DNA from: Eledone cirrhosa | Lineage: Eukaryota | Length of the DNA stretch: 64,000 nucleotides | Reading direction: 5' to 3' | Assembly (NCBI GenBank): GCA_964016885.1 | Contig: OZ024740.1 | Location: 378,944,001-379,008,000, forward strand | Shown: piece by piece, positions 1-15,630 of the stretch | Numbering within the stretch: the first letter of the stretch is position 1 | How the letters are laid out: each line of letters begins with the position of its first letter | Notes under the pieces: model-generated | Told to the model about the DNA's origin: nothing | The model's input: the letters and a program-made list of their open reading frames with translations, nothing else | Database searches by the model: none | Translations under genes and position numbers: made by a program

Positions 1-1671
1 TTGAAACTTCCGCTCGAAATTCTATATTGTTTAGATGTAGTCAACTGCAAAAATATTCCATGGGAAAGTATGAAACAAAGAAATGTCTGTGAAAATATTT
101 TGACTATAAATCGACGTTTTCGAGTCTATAAAATAGGAATGAGATCCCGAATGTCTCAAATTTGTGCTATGTAATTTGACTGGCAGGCAATTAATCTACC
201 ATTTTTGTTAAATTTTCCTCAATCGTAGTACATTTATATAGTTATAGGAAAATAGCTTTGCCAATAATTATAAATATTTAGAGACAAGCTATATTTTTTA
301 CCAGAGATCTATAAATTTTAATGACATCGGACTTAGGCACAAGACCATGCATTATGTAAAAGATGTAGAATGGATTAAATCGACTCCAGTATTTCACTGG
401 TACATGTCATCGACTTCAGAATTTAGAAAACAGTTTTAACACGTGTAATTTTCCCTGCCAGCCTAGCAATTCCCACCTTCATCGCCTTTAATATATCCGA
501 TCTACGCCTATGAATTTGCAATAATGTTTGTCAAACTCACTTGAAATTTTACCTAGAAATAGCTGTCAAATTCCTTCAAAAATTCCAATTAAAAAAAAAG
601 CATAATGGGCAATGTAATGCATGATATGCAAAAAGACGTGATAGACACGGCTGGAAACCTTTGAACAGGAAGTAAACCAACAGCAACAACAACATTGGAG
701 TTTGTTTATTAGTAACTTTATATTATTAGTAACTTTACATTCGAGTACAACATTTTCCATTTTCATATGGTAAAGGAGTTCTTGAAGTCTATCATAGATT
801 GATAATTCCATGACTCCACAAAAATACTTGAGGCTATAATCATTACGTTTCAGCGAGATTGTGTTTCAAGCATATTTATACATCATTAACATTACATGTA
901 CTTTCGTTTGATGAGCTGTTTGGTAATTATGCTACATGACGTTTCTTAGAATTTTATCTATAATGTTTATATAGACATAAACACATACATTACATACACA
1001 CAAGTACACATATGCATTTATATACTAATATTTAAGTATATTTATGTATATATGTTTGGGCTTGCATTTATACCTATCTCTTTCTCCCACCTTCTCTCTA
1101 TTTCTGTGTATCATATATGTGGATATATGTCTCAAGATATAAGTTCTTTCTCTGTTTTCGATTTAGTTTGTTCTTTTTATATAGTCAAACATATATGACC
1201 TATCAGCTGTAGAACGTTAGCTAAGTCTTTTTGATGTATATACTTGAGAATTAATTCTGAAAAGAATTATTAACCATCAAGTAAATATTTTTCATGCCGT
1301 CACAATGCTTCATATAGAAAGAGATGTTGGGACTTCAATGCCTTTCTCATGTAAATTAATCCTACCACGAATCAAAGCTGGTTTCTGAATCAGAACCACA
1401 AGATGTTCACCTCAACGGCATGCCTTATGAAAGTGTTTGGAGAAGTATAAAAAATGCAGTTTCTAAAATTAGTTTTGTAATTATTCTGAAAGTAGAAGTA
1501 TTTTCCAAGTACCCGTTCTGTTCACCAGAAACTGTGTAAGGTAAATTCAATTCCTTCAACGTGTTATCAAGTAATGAACAGTATAAAACTGTAACGCGTT
1601 AAAGTTTTCGTTACTATTTCTAACTAAATACATTGTATGTCAATTAACTGATGAAGAATTTTGAGTGATTT

Positions 1672-1745
1672 ACGAAGATAGTAACTAAGAGTATAATTCT
1701 TATTTAAAACGAAGATAGTAACTAAGAGTATATTTCTTATTTAAA
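1672..1745. repeat. 37-bp tandem duplication
   Basis: ACGAAGATAGTAACTAAGAGTATA(A/T)TTCTTATTTAAA occurs twice in tandem. Confidence 0.9.
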
Positions 1746-4554
1746 ACTGTGTTGGAAAATTTTAATTTAATTAATGGTTCATAGGACCACAGGGGTTTAG
1801 GTATTATTTAACTTCTGCTCACTCTTATCTTAGTACATATTTTACAGGAAACTGTCAAGGCTAGTTTCAGTGTGTTGTGTCAAAACAAGGACGTCGTATG
1901 AATTAATGTGAGGTTACTGCAAGCAAAGTTGAGAGGGTGTCAGTTTACTGACCTCAGGATGAAAAGTTGTTTCGTGAGTGCGTTGTGTTCACGATCAAAG
2001 TACTTAAGATTCACACTGGTTTAGACCAACTATCAGTAAATAAGTACTTTGGAGCAATATATCTAATTGATTTGGATAGCAAGGATTAAATAATTGAGAA
2101 ATATTTCAATGAGTAAGCTTGGAGAATTATTTATGTGACATCATATTCTTATTATTTATAATACTTTAGATACATAAACATTCATTTATTTGGTGAATAA
2201 TGAATTATTATTGACAAAGACAAGTTCAAATCTAATTGAAATGGATACGAATGTTATAATAATTTTCAGATAAGTGTAGAGAAGCATCATCATTCATGCA
2301 ACATAAGTCTTTATAAAAATGTAAGTCGTAATAAGATAACAATTTTAAAGGTGCTGAGAATTGATGTTTTAATTAGCTTTGAGCCTCTCATGTCACCAAG
2401 ACCATAAATGAAATGATGTTACATCTGTATTTGACCAAAGGGCATTATGTGTATAAATGTAGAAAGTTTGAAACTAAACGCGAACATCAATTGCATAACT
2501 AGATGGACGTGGTCGGAGTATAGCAGCTACTGTTTTTTGCAATCATCATTTGATAATGTGTATAAACCATTTGAGTTTTTATAGACTGCGTTGTTAGGAT
2601 AGTATTATTATAGTGCTGTAGTAGTGTTCTGAGGATGCTTTTAGATATATCTGGGTGCTCTTTTTAGATATGTCTTGTGGTCTTTCAGTTTCAGTAGTTT
2701 TGTTTCATTGTTTACGTGATCCTTGTTGTAGTCTATGTGCAACCTATAGTTTTTTTGTATTCTTTGTTGTTTGCAGTATGCATTTAGTATGTACTAGATG
2801 CATAGTTTATATATTTATCGTGTATTTCACCATGATTTAACATTTCCTGCCTTAGGAGTGGTGTAATCTGCTGTTTAAAGTGTCAAAATAGAATTCTATG
2901 TATATAGAGCATAATTTGGCTGCTATTGCAGTTGCAACTATACATTCTTAAATACAGGAATAATTTTTATTGTTATTTTAGTGAAATTACAGTAATTTCT
3001 CTTATATAAGATCTATAATGTTTTTCAGATAAAGTTATGTATGTTACAACAAATCATTATCTCTACAAACCAACATTTGTATATATATATAGTCGACAAA
3101 GCTTTGGACTCTTTTTTTATGGATACTGAGTTAGTATTTGGTTACTGTATTACAGTGCTCTAGCGCAATGTCGTCTTTATTCTCCTTGGCATAACATCCT
3201 TAACTGAATGTTTAAACCATAAATTGAACAGAAGGGGTAAACAGTAGAAATTTGTGAGTATTTATGAAATCAAATATCCTATCAAAATTAATTCAGCCTA
3301 TAAATAACCTAGATAGAATTTTTTACGTTGGTAAAATGCTACGGAAATATACCAGAGATGATATATAAAACTACATGATGTTCATGCATTTCCGATGCTT
3401 ACATCCTGTTGTAAAGCTCTGCATCAAACAGTTAGTATAATTATTGAAATAGCCTCAAGAAACACTTCATTAGCAATGAGAATAAGCGGCTTATATAAGC
3501 AGTTGTAAAAGAATATCACTTTTAGCAAATTAAAAAGTTGTATAGCAACAACATAAACCATAGTTTTAGTAGTTATTTTCAAAATTCTAAATCAGCACCA
3601 GCTATATATACATCCTGAACAGCAATCTATGTATTCCATTTCATAAAAGTATTATATATTTCTTTACATTTCAACTAAAATATTAAAGGAAAATATGTAA
3701 TCCAGTTGAAGAATAAGAATGGCCAATGTTTTTAGCTGTTTAGAGAATAAATTCGATTGTATAGAAAAACAAACTGCAAATTACAAATTCATTAGAACGT
3801 GAGTAATTAGGCTACTTGGAGCAAATTGATGAATTAATCACTACTTTTCTAGACTAAACTCTTTAAAATTTCACTGGAAGAGGTCGAGTAAGATGGTCAT
3901 TAGATATTACTTTCACTTAGGTTTCTACTTTATCAAAGAGCTTCTACTTTGAAGCTTATTACTTTTTTCAATTATCTAGAATCAACAAGTAGCTTCCTTT
4001 GTTAAGAGACACTTGATTTTACAACATTGTTATCCTGTATTACTAAATGGTGACTCAAATGGTGCCCAGAGGAATAGTGTTAACAAATAATTATGTGTTC
4101 ATAACAATTTAACCTGAAACAAATCACCAGTTAGTAACATTTTCAGATATTTGTTAGTCTTAATGCTGTTATGTCCAAAAGCAACATTTTATAAATAACT
4201 ATAACAGAGATTTGGTCATTAAAATGGAATAATATAACAAAGAAATACGAAGGCACCATAAAAGAACACGCACAGGCGTACACACACAGCTGACAAGAAC
4301 ACCCCAGTCAACACGAACACTTACACAATACGTCAAATTGGATAGGTAAATTATGTCTGTTACATTGTGCGAAACATTAATACGTTCGCCAAGAAAAGTT
4401 CAATTACAGACGACAGGTTTCTTCCAATTTTACTTTCTCAAATTATTATTACAGATATTTACGGAGCAAACATGCAACAATTTACGCTACAGGGAGATAT
4501 CAACTTCTCTATTCGGGAATTAAGTTAATTTAGAATTATGTCTTGTTTCGGTAT

Positions 4555-4908
<354 letters not shown>

Positions 4909-4913
<5 letters not shown>

Positions 4914-5915
4914 CTGGGGGGAAATGCTTCATAATAAGGGAGAGAAAGATCTTAGCTAATGGTGTGGCCACCTCCATATTATATGGTGGGTTATACCATA
5001 TAATGCGTCGGGATCTATTTTTCCTAGGTCTATGCTCATACTCGGTATATGCTACCTTATCGACAAATCCACTCCGAGCAAGAGCTTCATTGGAATACGG
5101 CGAATGGTCGGTGAAAATATGCTCGATTGTAGATAGACGGGAAAGCCTCAAAGAAACGTTTCTTACCAGGTTCTTGGTTATGCTGGCAGGATGGTTAGAA
5201 TGCTTACTTATGTAATTAAGCGTATCATTCGGCTTTCTATACGGGTAGTACAAGCCATTCGACAAACTGAGGGTGACATCGAGGTAATTAACGACCGAGA
5301 GGTTGGCCTCAACCTATATGGAGAGGTTGAAACCTTTAAAGAAGGCAGTGAGTTCTTTTCTGAACCTGTCGCAAGCACGTGGGCCGCACTTTGTCATGGT
5401 CAAAAGACCGTCATCACGATATAAACTACCGCCCACGTAGGGGAATTCTTCCTTGATAGAGAAAAGAAGGAAAAGGCCGATAAGATCAGTAACCTCCGTA
5501 GAATCGCTGATGCCCATACTCACGTCGAATGGGTTACTATTAGATTTTTTAATCCAAATAGAGTCGTCGACTTAATCACCGACTTACTTAATCACCGACT
5601 TACGGGGATTGAGGATGACATCAACTTCGAAATCCTTAACCACTGTGAGTGTTTTAGCGAAATTGATAGTTCTAAGGAGAAGTGGTAAAGTGATGGAGGA
5701 GTAGTAATTATTAATGTCGAATTGGATAAAACGGCAATGTTCCTTGTTGCATATGCCGTTGAACCAATCAATCACCGTGAAAGAATTGTTCCACAGTGCA
5801 AGAGGGGCCAAGCTTCAAATTTCAGGTATAATTCTATCTAAAACCCTTTTACTAACTCTACCTAAATCGGACTTCGTAGGGTTAATAAGCCGAATAGAGG
5901 GGTTGTTCGGGAAAT
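4909..5915 (-). mobile_element. Penelope-like element (PLE) reverse transcriptase fragment, frameshifted; possibly Hydra clade
   Basis: Collinear minus-strand peptides RLINPTKSDLGRVSK, WNNSFTVIDWF..FIQFDINNYYSSI, LYRDDGL (catalytic DD), [18 protein letters not shown] and [18 protein letters not shown] are typical of PLE RT and thumb regions. The fragment is truncated into (TA)n before any GIY-YIG domain. The clade assignment is from recall of motifs, not from a search. Confidence 0.85.
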
Positions 5916-5920
5916 TGGAT

Positions 5921-6035
5921 TATACACACACATCCGGATTCAGTGGTCTGCTTCTAGGGTATTTATTAAGAAATTTAAATACACTATATATATACCCAAG
6001 AAGCAGACCACTGAATCCGGATGTGTGTGTGTATA
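5921..6035. repeat. Fold-back (inverted repeat) at the 5'-truncation point of the PLE
   Basis: TATACACACACATCCGGATTCAGTGGTCTGCTTCT..GGGTAT pairs with ATACCC..AGAAGCAGACCACTGAATCCGGATGTGTGTGTGTATA. A second hairpin lies at ~6063-6108. Confidence 0.85.
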
Positions 6036-6356
6036 TATATATATATACATATATATATGTTTATTGACATACCAGGGGCCTAGAAATGTAGGTCCCTGGT
6101 ATGTCAATTGGTAGACATGCGATGATTCTCATTCTATATAAGGTGGGAATTGAATTCGATTATATTCTGTTTTAATTTAATATAATTTTTAAAATCCTCT
6201 GAGAAAACACCATTATGTAAACACCATAATGTTATTTTAAATTGATTTATTGTTTTGTATGTAGTATTTATTTTTTGCTTATACGAGTTACTCATAATAT
6301 CCTTTCAGTAAAACAGACCTTTCCACCTATATTTTTGATTATATATATATATATAT

Positions 6357-6570
6357 ATTAGAAAGTGAGTTTTTTTTTACAAAATGAAAAATAACCGAGG
6401 TGTCCTACACGAGTGAAAGTATAAAGAAAAAGAGATGAAATCGAAAATGCAACTGGAGTCTTATTTTTTTTAAAAATATATATATTTATTTGGTTCCTTT
6501 ACCGGTTTCGCAGTTCTTCTGCTTTTCAAAAGGTGAGTTGAGATGGAGGGTCTGTGGTTTTTCTCACATC
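6357..6570 (-). mobile_element. Short PLE-terminus-like element, family HH-A, next to (TA)n
   Basis: Near-identical reverse complement of 41000-41207. Contains a hammerhead motif followed by AATAAA on the minus strand. Confidence 0.75.
6496..6533 (-). ncRNA. Minimal type I hammerhead ribozyme, U3:A8 core variant
   Basis: Minus strand reads CCTT-TTGAAAA-GCAG AAGAA CTGC-GAAA-CCGG-TA^AAGG: 4-bp stem I, 4-bp stem II, palindromic stem III (ACCGGT), GUA cleavage triplet. Confidence 0.7.
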
Positions 6571-8157
6571 TCGTAAGATAGGACGACTACAGTGGGCCTG
6601 TATCTTACGAGGTTAACTGTTTAGAAGGGGCGATCACGTCAAATTATGAGGAATTTGAGAAAACTCAGGAAAAGAATAATAGCAGTAGAGATTAGAATGT
6701 TCTTTCTGAGATTAGTTGACATAGTTTCATGCGGGAAAGGACATTAAGAGAGTTTTTAAGTTTTGGGAACTGAAAAAATAAAAGTTTCTGCCTACATATA
6801 TTCAAAACAGCATTATATAAACTCGCGTAAGATGCGGGTTCAATGTAAATGCGATACACAAATCCATATCTCTAGATATTCCATACGACCGTGTATTTGA
6901 GGACCTTACTGCACGTTTTAACTTCCAATTGATCTTCCTTATTCTAGCAAGTGTCGCATCTTTCTTCAGATAGATATATTTGGTGTGATGTCTCCAGCAA
7001 TGACAAAAAAACATGTGTGTTTAAAAATATATATACACACATAGTCGAAAGATATTTGATAGTTTCAATGGTTTGTCATCTACAGGTGTATAATACCAAA
7101 ACGTTGATATTGGCATGGTTCATTTGCAAAAGTATCAAGAAAGACTTTGGGAAGCTGGTCAGAATATGCGTTGCATCTTAGAAGGCAAAGATGCATCATT
7201 AGGCACCTTTGCTTGGCGTGATGTGAGGTTAAAGGACATACACCGAATGCACCAACCGTAGCGAATCTCTCGGGAAAAAAGGAAAACTATATTATACATA
7301 ACACGCCAGTGATGTGAATTAGCATTCACATATTTGATTTGCTATTAATCAATTAATTAATTCTACTGAATCAATCAACTGGTACCTAAATTCATAGTTA
7401 GCAGTCACAATCAGCATAATTATAGTAGAAGTAGAAGCAGCTCTACGGTGACCATTTAGAGACCAGCCAACATTTAGCACTACGCTATATAAACAACCAT
7501 ATTTAGTCGGTAGGAGACAGCGATAGCTGCCGTAATATAGACTGCGGAATAGTTATGCATCAAAACAGCTACTGCACACAGACAAGTATTTTTGTTAACA
7601 GCTGATCAGATAGCATCGTTTAGCAACAGTTTACTAACCGGCATTGCAAAACACCCACAGCTCAACAAATTACCAGCAGTTTTTCCAAGAACCAACTCAA
7701 TGTTGTGAGTATATTGCCTGGATTGATGTTATGCCGACCAGCAGAAATATATATTAGTGAGAGATGCGGAGAACGTGAGAGATGGAGGCAGTGGCAGTGG
7801 GAGTTTGGTTATTTTGTGTTCGGACCTTGTTTCACGGACACACACTCATGTATGTCATCATCAACTATAGTAGACAATCGGTAGCAACACTCAGTTACAA
7901 CTATGCAGAACAGCTCAGTGGTGGTTTTACGTGAATTACTGTAATGCATTGAACCAGAAACTGACATGTTTCACAGCCAACAGTTTTCAAGAACATTCGA
8001 CAAATAAATTATACTGCCTTACTATCAAGCATAGCTTTCATTTAGAATTATATATGTATATATGTAGAATTTAGAATTATATGTGTATATACTTTAAAAC
8101 GAAAATACCACTGCAAACCTTACTTGCATGTTTACACATGCGTATTTACACACATAT

Positions 8158-9510
<1,353 letters not shown>

Positions 9511-10239
9511 TACATTTACCTCCCTCAACTATGTATGTGTATACTACATTAACAACATTTGTAGAACGCTTTGTTAATTTCTGTAATCAATAGCATTTTA
9601 GCATTTTGCATAATAGTTTTCACTTCCACATTGAATCGCATATTTTATGGAACATTAATTTTATTGTTGTTGTGCAAGCTTGTCACAGCTAACTTAATTT
9701 ATCGGCAAATAGAAAATATATTTATCCACTCTGAGAATATAAATATCTTTATGGTTTACTCTGCATTCCGTTTTTTTTTGTTGATGCTAAAATATATTTT
9801 GTACGAGTTACGTTTTCGACATTTTTATACTTGCTTTCATTTGGTGTATACTAATTTGTTTGTTGTTAAGGCAGGTTTTCAGATTTTAGAAAAAAGAAAA
9901 TGGCGACATTTCAGCTTTCCATTGAAATTTTATTGTAATTTAGGATTGTTTAGTGTTATCTAATTGTATATATACGTGCATATTTTGGATACTCTTAACC
10001 TTTGGAGGTGTTCTGTAGTCATTTGATTCACAGCCAATTTAAATAAATTGATTACCCCGTCTTTTTTCTCGAATACTTCATCCATAGTATTCTCACTCAT
10101 TTTTATAGGATGAGTGAAGTGTTTTATTCTATTTACAGTGTTAAAGGGTAACGCCACCCCCGAAATGTAAAGAGATGAGTTTGTGTCAGAGGTTTGCTCA
10201 TAAAAATAATTTGCTAACAACATTGCATTGCAACCTACA

Positions 10240-10805
10240 GGATAAAGTGGGAAGCGTTGGTGGATAAAGAATTCAAAACCAGGTGTGCAGACACTATTGC
10301 ATCCAAATTCAGAGAACGCACTGAGCAAGCTGAGGAGGTTGAGACAAAGTGGAGATTGTTCAGCTCAGTTGTTTCTGCTTCAGTTGTGAAACGCTGCGGA
10401 CGAAAGACGCTTTGTGTGGCGCCAGATGGCTGGAGAACGCCTAGGTTCAATCAGGAAAGCAAAGGAGGCCTACAAAGCTTGGCTTGGAAATACGTCATCT
10501 TTTTTTAACTTGTGGTACAATCAGGCACAAAGAATCGCAGCAGAGACAGTAAAGGCGCCCGAAATTAAGACATGGGAGGATTTGAGGGTTAAGCTGGAAT
10601 CCGACGTCAGGTAGACAAATAAAGTGTTCTGGCAGACCACCCGCTGACTTCATAATAATATGTCCCCCTCCACACCTGCTATTAAGAACGCCTCTGGAGT
10701 TCTCTACTTTTCAGAGAGGTGTATCCTCGCGAGGTGGAGAGAATACTTTGCTGATCTTCTAACCCCAATCACAACAGCATTTTCCGATGCTAACAAGGTG
10801 CATCT
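10240..10805 (+). mobile_element. RTE-clade LINE fragment (linker between endonuclease and RT), degraded
   Basis: Peptides ETKWRLFSSVVSASVVKRCGRK, KEAYKAWL, KTWEDL..KLESD, KVFWQT and ILARWREYFADLL resemble Expander/Rex3-type RTE ORFs. Several frameshifts are present. Confidence 0.7.
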
Positions 10806-10807
10806 GA

Positions 10808-10985
10808 ACGCCGGACACTCTGCTTCGCTACATAGAATTATGTCCCTTTTCGTTCTGAGTGCAAATACCGCCTTTCATCGTAACAGGGTTGATAAAATAA
10901 AGTATCAGTAACGCACTGGGGTCGATTTAATCGACTTTCCCCTTACCCCATAATTGGTGGCTTTGTGTTTAAATCGGAAACCATT
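10808..10985 (+). mobile_element. tRNA-derived SINE (family S1), diverged
   Basis: GCCTTTCATCG..GGGTTGATAAAATAAAGTATCAGT core shared with the other S1 copies. Confidence 0.7.
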
Positions 10986-13254
10986 ATGACGGAAATTCTT
11001 TTTTATTAAAATCAAATTGGTTTAGCCGATGTTGAATAAATTGCTTAAATTTAATATTTGAAATGAGTAAATCGATTTGGTAAAAACCGACACTAACTTC
11101 TTTTAACATAATGCTACAATTATTTCAAAAGTCTGCAGACAATCACTGGCGTGCATTTATCCTCTTTTTGGCGTTGAAAGTAAAGAAAACAATAATTTTT
11201 GTGTTAATTCTATCAATTTACTCAACAAACAACGATTGTCTGCGATAGTTATTTATTCGAAGTTGGAAATAGAAATTATCTTCTCGAACAATTTCACTTA
11301 TCATCATGTTGTTTCATCTGTTGCCATGACTAATTTAATCTCATACTCGTTCTACGCCATTTAATTTCCTGTAAAAATGTTTCAATGTACATATTTTTTC
11401 TATTTTAAATTCCCTCATTGAATAGGAAATTCCGCCGACGAATCAATGCAGTCTAAAATGTATAATGTTCATAGCTTATTTATTCTGTATTTGGTTTTGG
11501 AAATTACAAGAATATTTCCAAATAAATTACTCGAATAAAGGTATTACTAGTTATTTTTTATACTCTGTAGCCTCGTCCAGATGATGTCACATTGTTTACA
11601 AAGTAAATGTTGTTTAGGATGATCCTCGATCGATAATGCTTCGAAGCTTTATAGTATATGCTGATGGCACGTACACCATTGAATATGTTTCATTTACAAA
11701 AACATGATGTTGTTTGTGTCATTTGTTAATGCAAACTTATATTAAAATGTATTTTAATTTTGAAACTGCTGTCGTTGTATTTTGAATGTAATGTTTTCTT
11801 TTATTTTACCATTGATCTAAATTATGCTAGTCTCTCGAGCAATAGTTTAATGTTTTATGGTCAAAAACGGTGACTGACTTATATAATAAGAGCTTTGGAC
11901 TACAAAAATAACGTAATTACTTTCCGTTATTCAACTCTTGTGAATACTGAAGTGAATCGATTTCTGATAATGCAAGCTATCAAATGGAAGCTATCTAGCT
12001 GTTATCTTAAAAAAGAACTCCCCACCCCACAAAAAACCTATAACAAAGGACAATTAGGAATTGAAACTCTAATTTTCGAGCTATCAAATTATAAATATAA
12101 ATGATGGAACACAAGCAATGTCAGAATATCAAACTGCAGCAACTATTCCATTGTAATGTAAATTTCACAAGAGAAGATCTCTTCAAAATCGTTCAAATTA
12201 TAGCAGAAATAAACCTTTTCATATGAAATCGGGTATAATGTTATTCATCAGAAAACAAAATTTGTACACGTTTCTTTAGAACTACTAAAATAATGTTTTC
12301 TTCAGAAAGCTCTGTATTTCGTACTCATTATTCAATATGCATTTCTTTGCTGTTTGCAGCAAAATCCAAGATAGTGAATTTGGAAAAGCTTTACAATCTC
12401 ATTGATTACAACGTTATCTCGGAAAGGAACGACGACCAAACAATGAAAAATATATAAGAAGCTGCAACAGCATCAATGGCATGCTCAACCGTGTGGTCAT
12501 TCACCCTTCATGGTTTAAACAGCCCCAAACGATTCAACACATCCGATCATATTAAAACGAGGAAGTGTGGATCCAGGATAATAAGTTTAAATATACCATA
12601 AAGAAAACCCGCATGATTAAGGCTAGAAAACCTTTGATCGTAGACCTGTTAAATCGGGGCTAATGTTGGGGATAAACGATGGCAACAACAATTACAACCA
12701 AGAGGCGAAGAGCTATTCAATTTATTAGAAAAAGCAGCCAAATATCATTAAATCACACCCTACATCCTTAGTAAAGCAGGTTAGGTTAGACAATGAAATA
12801 TTAGATATAATATGCTTTAAAGAAAGACTAAATTAAAAGCGACGGACACTCTTTTGATTAGACGTTTGTACAATCAGAGCTCACCCGTGATAATTGAAGG
12901 ACAATATATCAAAATATGCAAGTATACTTAATTGGAGAAAAGCATAAACATTATGAATATATAAAAAAACAACAAAAAACGAGATATAGTGTTTACGCCT
13001 CTAACGAGGGTGCTAGCATAGGGACTATAGTCATTTTAACGTCATTTAGATCTTTTGCGATTTCCTATAGTTCATGCTTACTAAATATATTTATTTCTTA
13101 ACTAAGCCCACGCGTTATTAGGGTAAGTTATATTTGTTTGAATATCTCTACTTTACCAGAGGGTCTTATCATATCGACAGGAAGTTTCAAAGTTAAATAT
13201 AACCTTTGAGAGAAATAAAATGCAAAGTGACAAAACTAAACAGCCCTAGTTATT

Positions 13255-13395
13255 AATTCCAGCATAGACGTAGACATGGGTTCGATCCTACAGTGAGTTT
13301 ATCGGGAAAGTATCTCATGCCATAGCCCCATGTCGACCCAAGCCATGTGAGTAAATATTGGTTTAACAGAAACTGTGTGGAAACACGTCGTATGA
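13255..13395 (+). mobile_element. Degenerate tRNA-derived SINE (family S2-like)
   Basis: B-box-like GGGTTCGATCC followed by CAAGCCATGTGAGT...GAAACTGTGTGGAAACACGTCGTATG. A related remnant lies at ~37385-37525. Confidence 0.45.
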
Positions 13396-14166
13396 AATCT
13401 GTCTTTAATTCAAACGTCCAGCTTTGTCACATATTGTCAATCTGTTTTGGACTGAGAATTGCGTTAAGAGTGACATGTATCTGTGGAATACTCAGCCACT
13501 TACATGTTAATTTAATGAGTAGAAGGTTCAGATAAGCAAACAACTGAAAGCTCATCCTCGAAAGCGACGGAGGATCTACCTATTCGAGTACTGCAACCTC
13601 TCTGCCAGTACTATCTAACGTCCTCACAATCATCTTTGTCTTTGAGCTCACCTCTAGACAATCCCATTCATTCTCTGAGTCATTGGAGTAGAAATACCGC
13701 CCACTCTGCGGAACTACTGACTGAAGTTATGTTATCACTATGTAAATGTATATATAAATGAGAGTGAAAATTCTACAGCTCTATATTTCCCCCAGTTGTG
13801 TTAACAAATTATTTATAGCATACTTAATCTAGATATTTTCTTATCACCCTCTATCTAAAGTAAAATAACTCAGTAGCTGAAATATGTTTATATACCAAAA
13901 CTCGCATCAAAATGAGAGTTTCAATGCACGTTCATATATAATATCTGCACGTGCTGAAGACAAATGTAAGCATACTTGCACTTATATTTCTAGACATTTT
14001 ATTTCATGTTTATACATATCAACCTAATTTCCATATTTAAATCTGGCGTATCATATAACCAAATATTGCGCCAATATGCTCAGGAATTACCTTTTGTGTG
14101 CGATACTTTTCTTTCTATTTTATTCTGTTTACGAAAGTTCTGCAATAAAAGAAGTGAAAAAAGACT

Positions 14167-14346
<180 letters not shown>

Positions 14347-15630
14347 GCTAAGTTCGACTGAAAACAAAATAGTAACCCTTCAAAGGAAATAGAAAAAAAA
14401 TCTCCAGACCAATAAATGTATATATATATATATATACATATTTGCACACGTTTTTATACGTATCTATGTATGAATGTATATATGTATAAATGTATATGGT
14501 TAAATAATTTATATATGTGTCTTTACATTTAGATCTGAGAGTGGTTTTCAGAATCATAATAATTAACAAAAGAACAAAAAAAAGAAGCCAAGAAATATAC
14601 ATAACAGGGATAATTGAAATTGCCAACAAATTAGGCAGAATAACAGAATATTTACTGATTAATAAAAACTAAAATATTCCTGTAATTTTGAATAACATTT
14701 CTTCTACAGCGTACGTTCAACGTGAATAATGCAGCATATTTTTATGACTGCTATTTAAATGAAATTTAATCACATTTTTAACGAATCTGAAATTAGTTTT
14801 ATGGATAGCAGCAAGCTTATCTTATCATCTTAAAATTTAGCAAATTGATACCCTCTGGTCACGTAATTTTAAACATCGCTGACGATACCAACTTTAAATT
14901 TAATGGAGAATTTTAAATAAACATTCCCAAAGATGTGATGTCAGCAATACATTACATTAAAAGTATATACAATGTTTCTTAAAACATACAAATTGGATTT
15001 TCTTATCATAATTAGGATATCCTTTGATTTACATCAAAGGTTCTCAACCCATTTCGGCCAAACGCCCCCTTTTCCCTTCGAAATCACGAAACGCCCCCCT
15101 ACCCTTTTTTTCCATTTTTCAATATACTACTGATTTTGATATCAGTAGATTACTAAAAAAATGATTAACGATATTCCAAAGATACCATTGCAGGCAGCTG
15201 AGAGTATAAATACATTCCTTGAAAGGAATATATAAATTTCAAAAAAAGGAACATAAATGTTATTTTTTATGAATTAGGACCAGTTGAATTTGTTATATTC
15301 CCACCAGACGATAGCAGCTATTTTGAACATTTATACAAGAGCAATTCTGTCTATTCAAAGAGTGCTCTTATCTGGAAGAAAGTGGCAATTGTATTATTTC
15401 AAAGCTTTCCAATTTTCCCTTCAATGAAACGGACAGAATAAATGTTGATATCTAACTTGATGTCCCCTCCGCTTTGTGACCACGCAAGAGGGTTTTCATG
15501 ACCTCGTAAGAGGGTATATTCATTAGTAAACGGTAAAATATATACAACAAATGAGTAAGTGAATTGTGGTAGATGGTTTCCAGTCCAGTCAGACTGCAAC
15601 TACAAATAAAAAATCGACTTTGACCTCGTA

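Noticed and set aside
566-811. 81-aa ORF with a Cys run as a host exon
   Set aside because: No recognisable domain. The Cys run comes from a (CAA/CAG)n repeat, and no supporting splice structure was identified.
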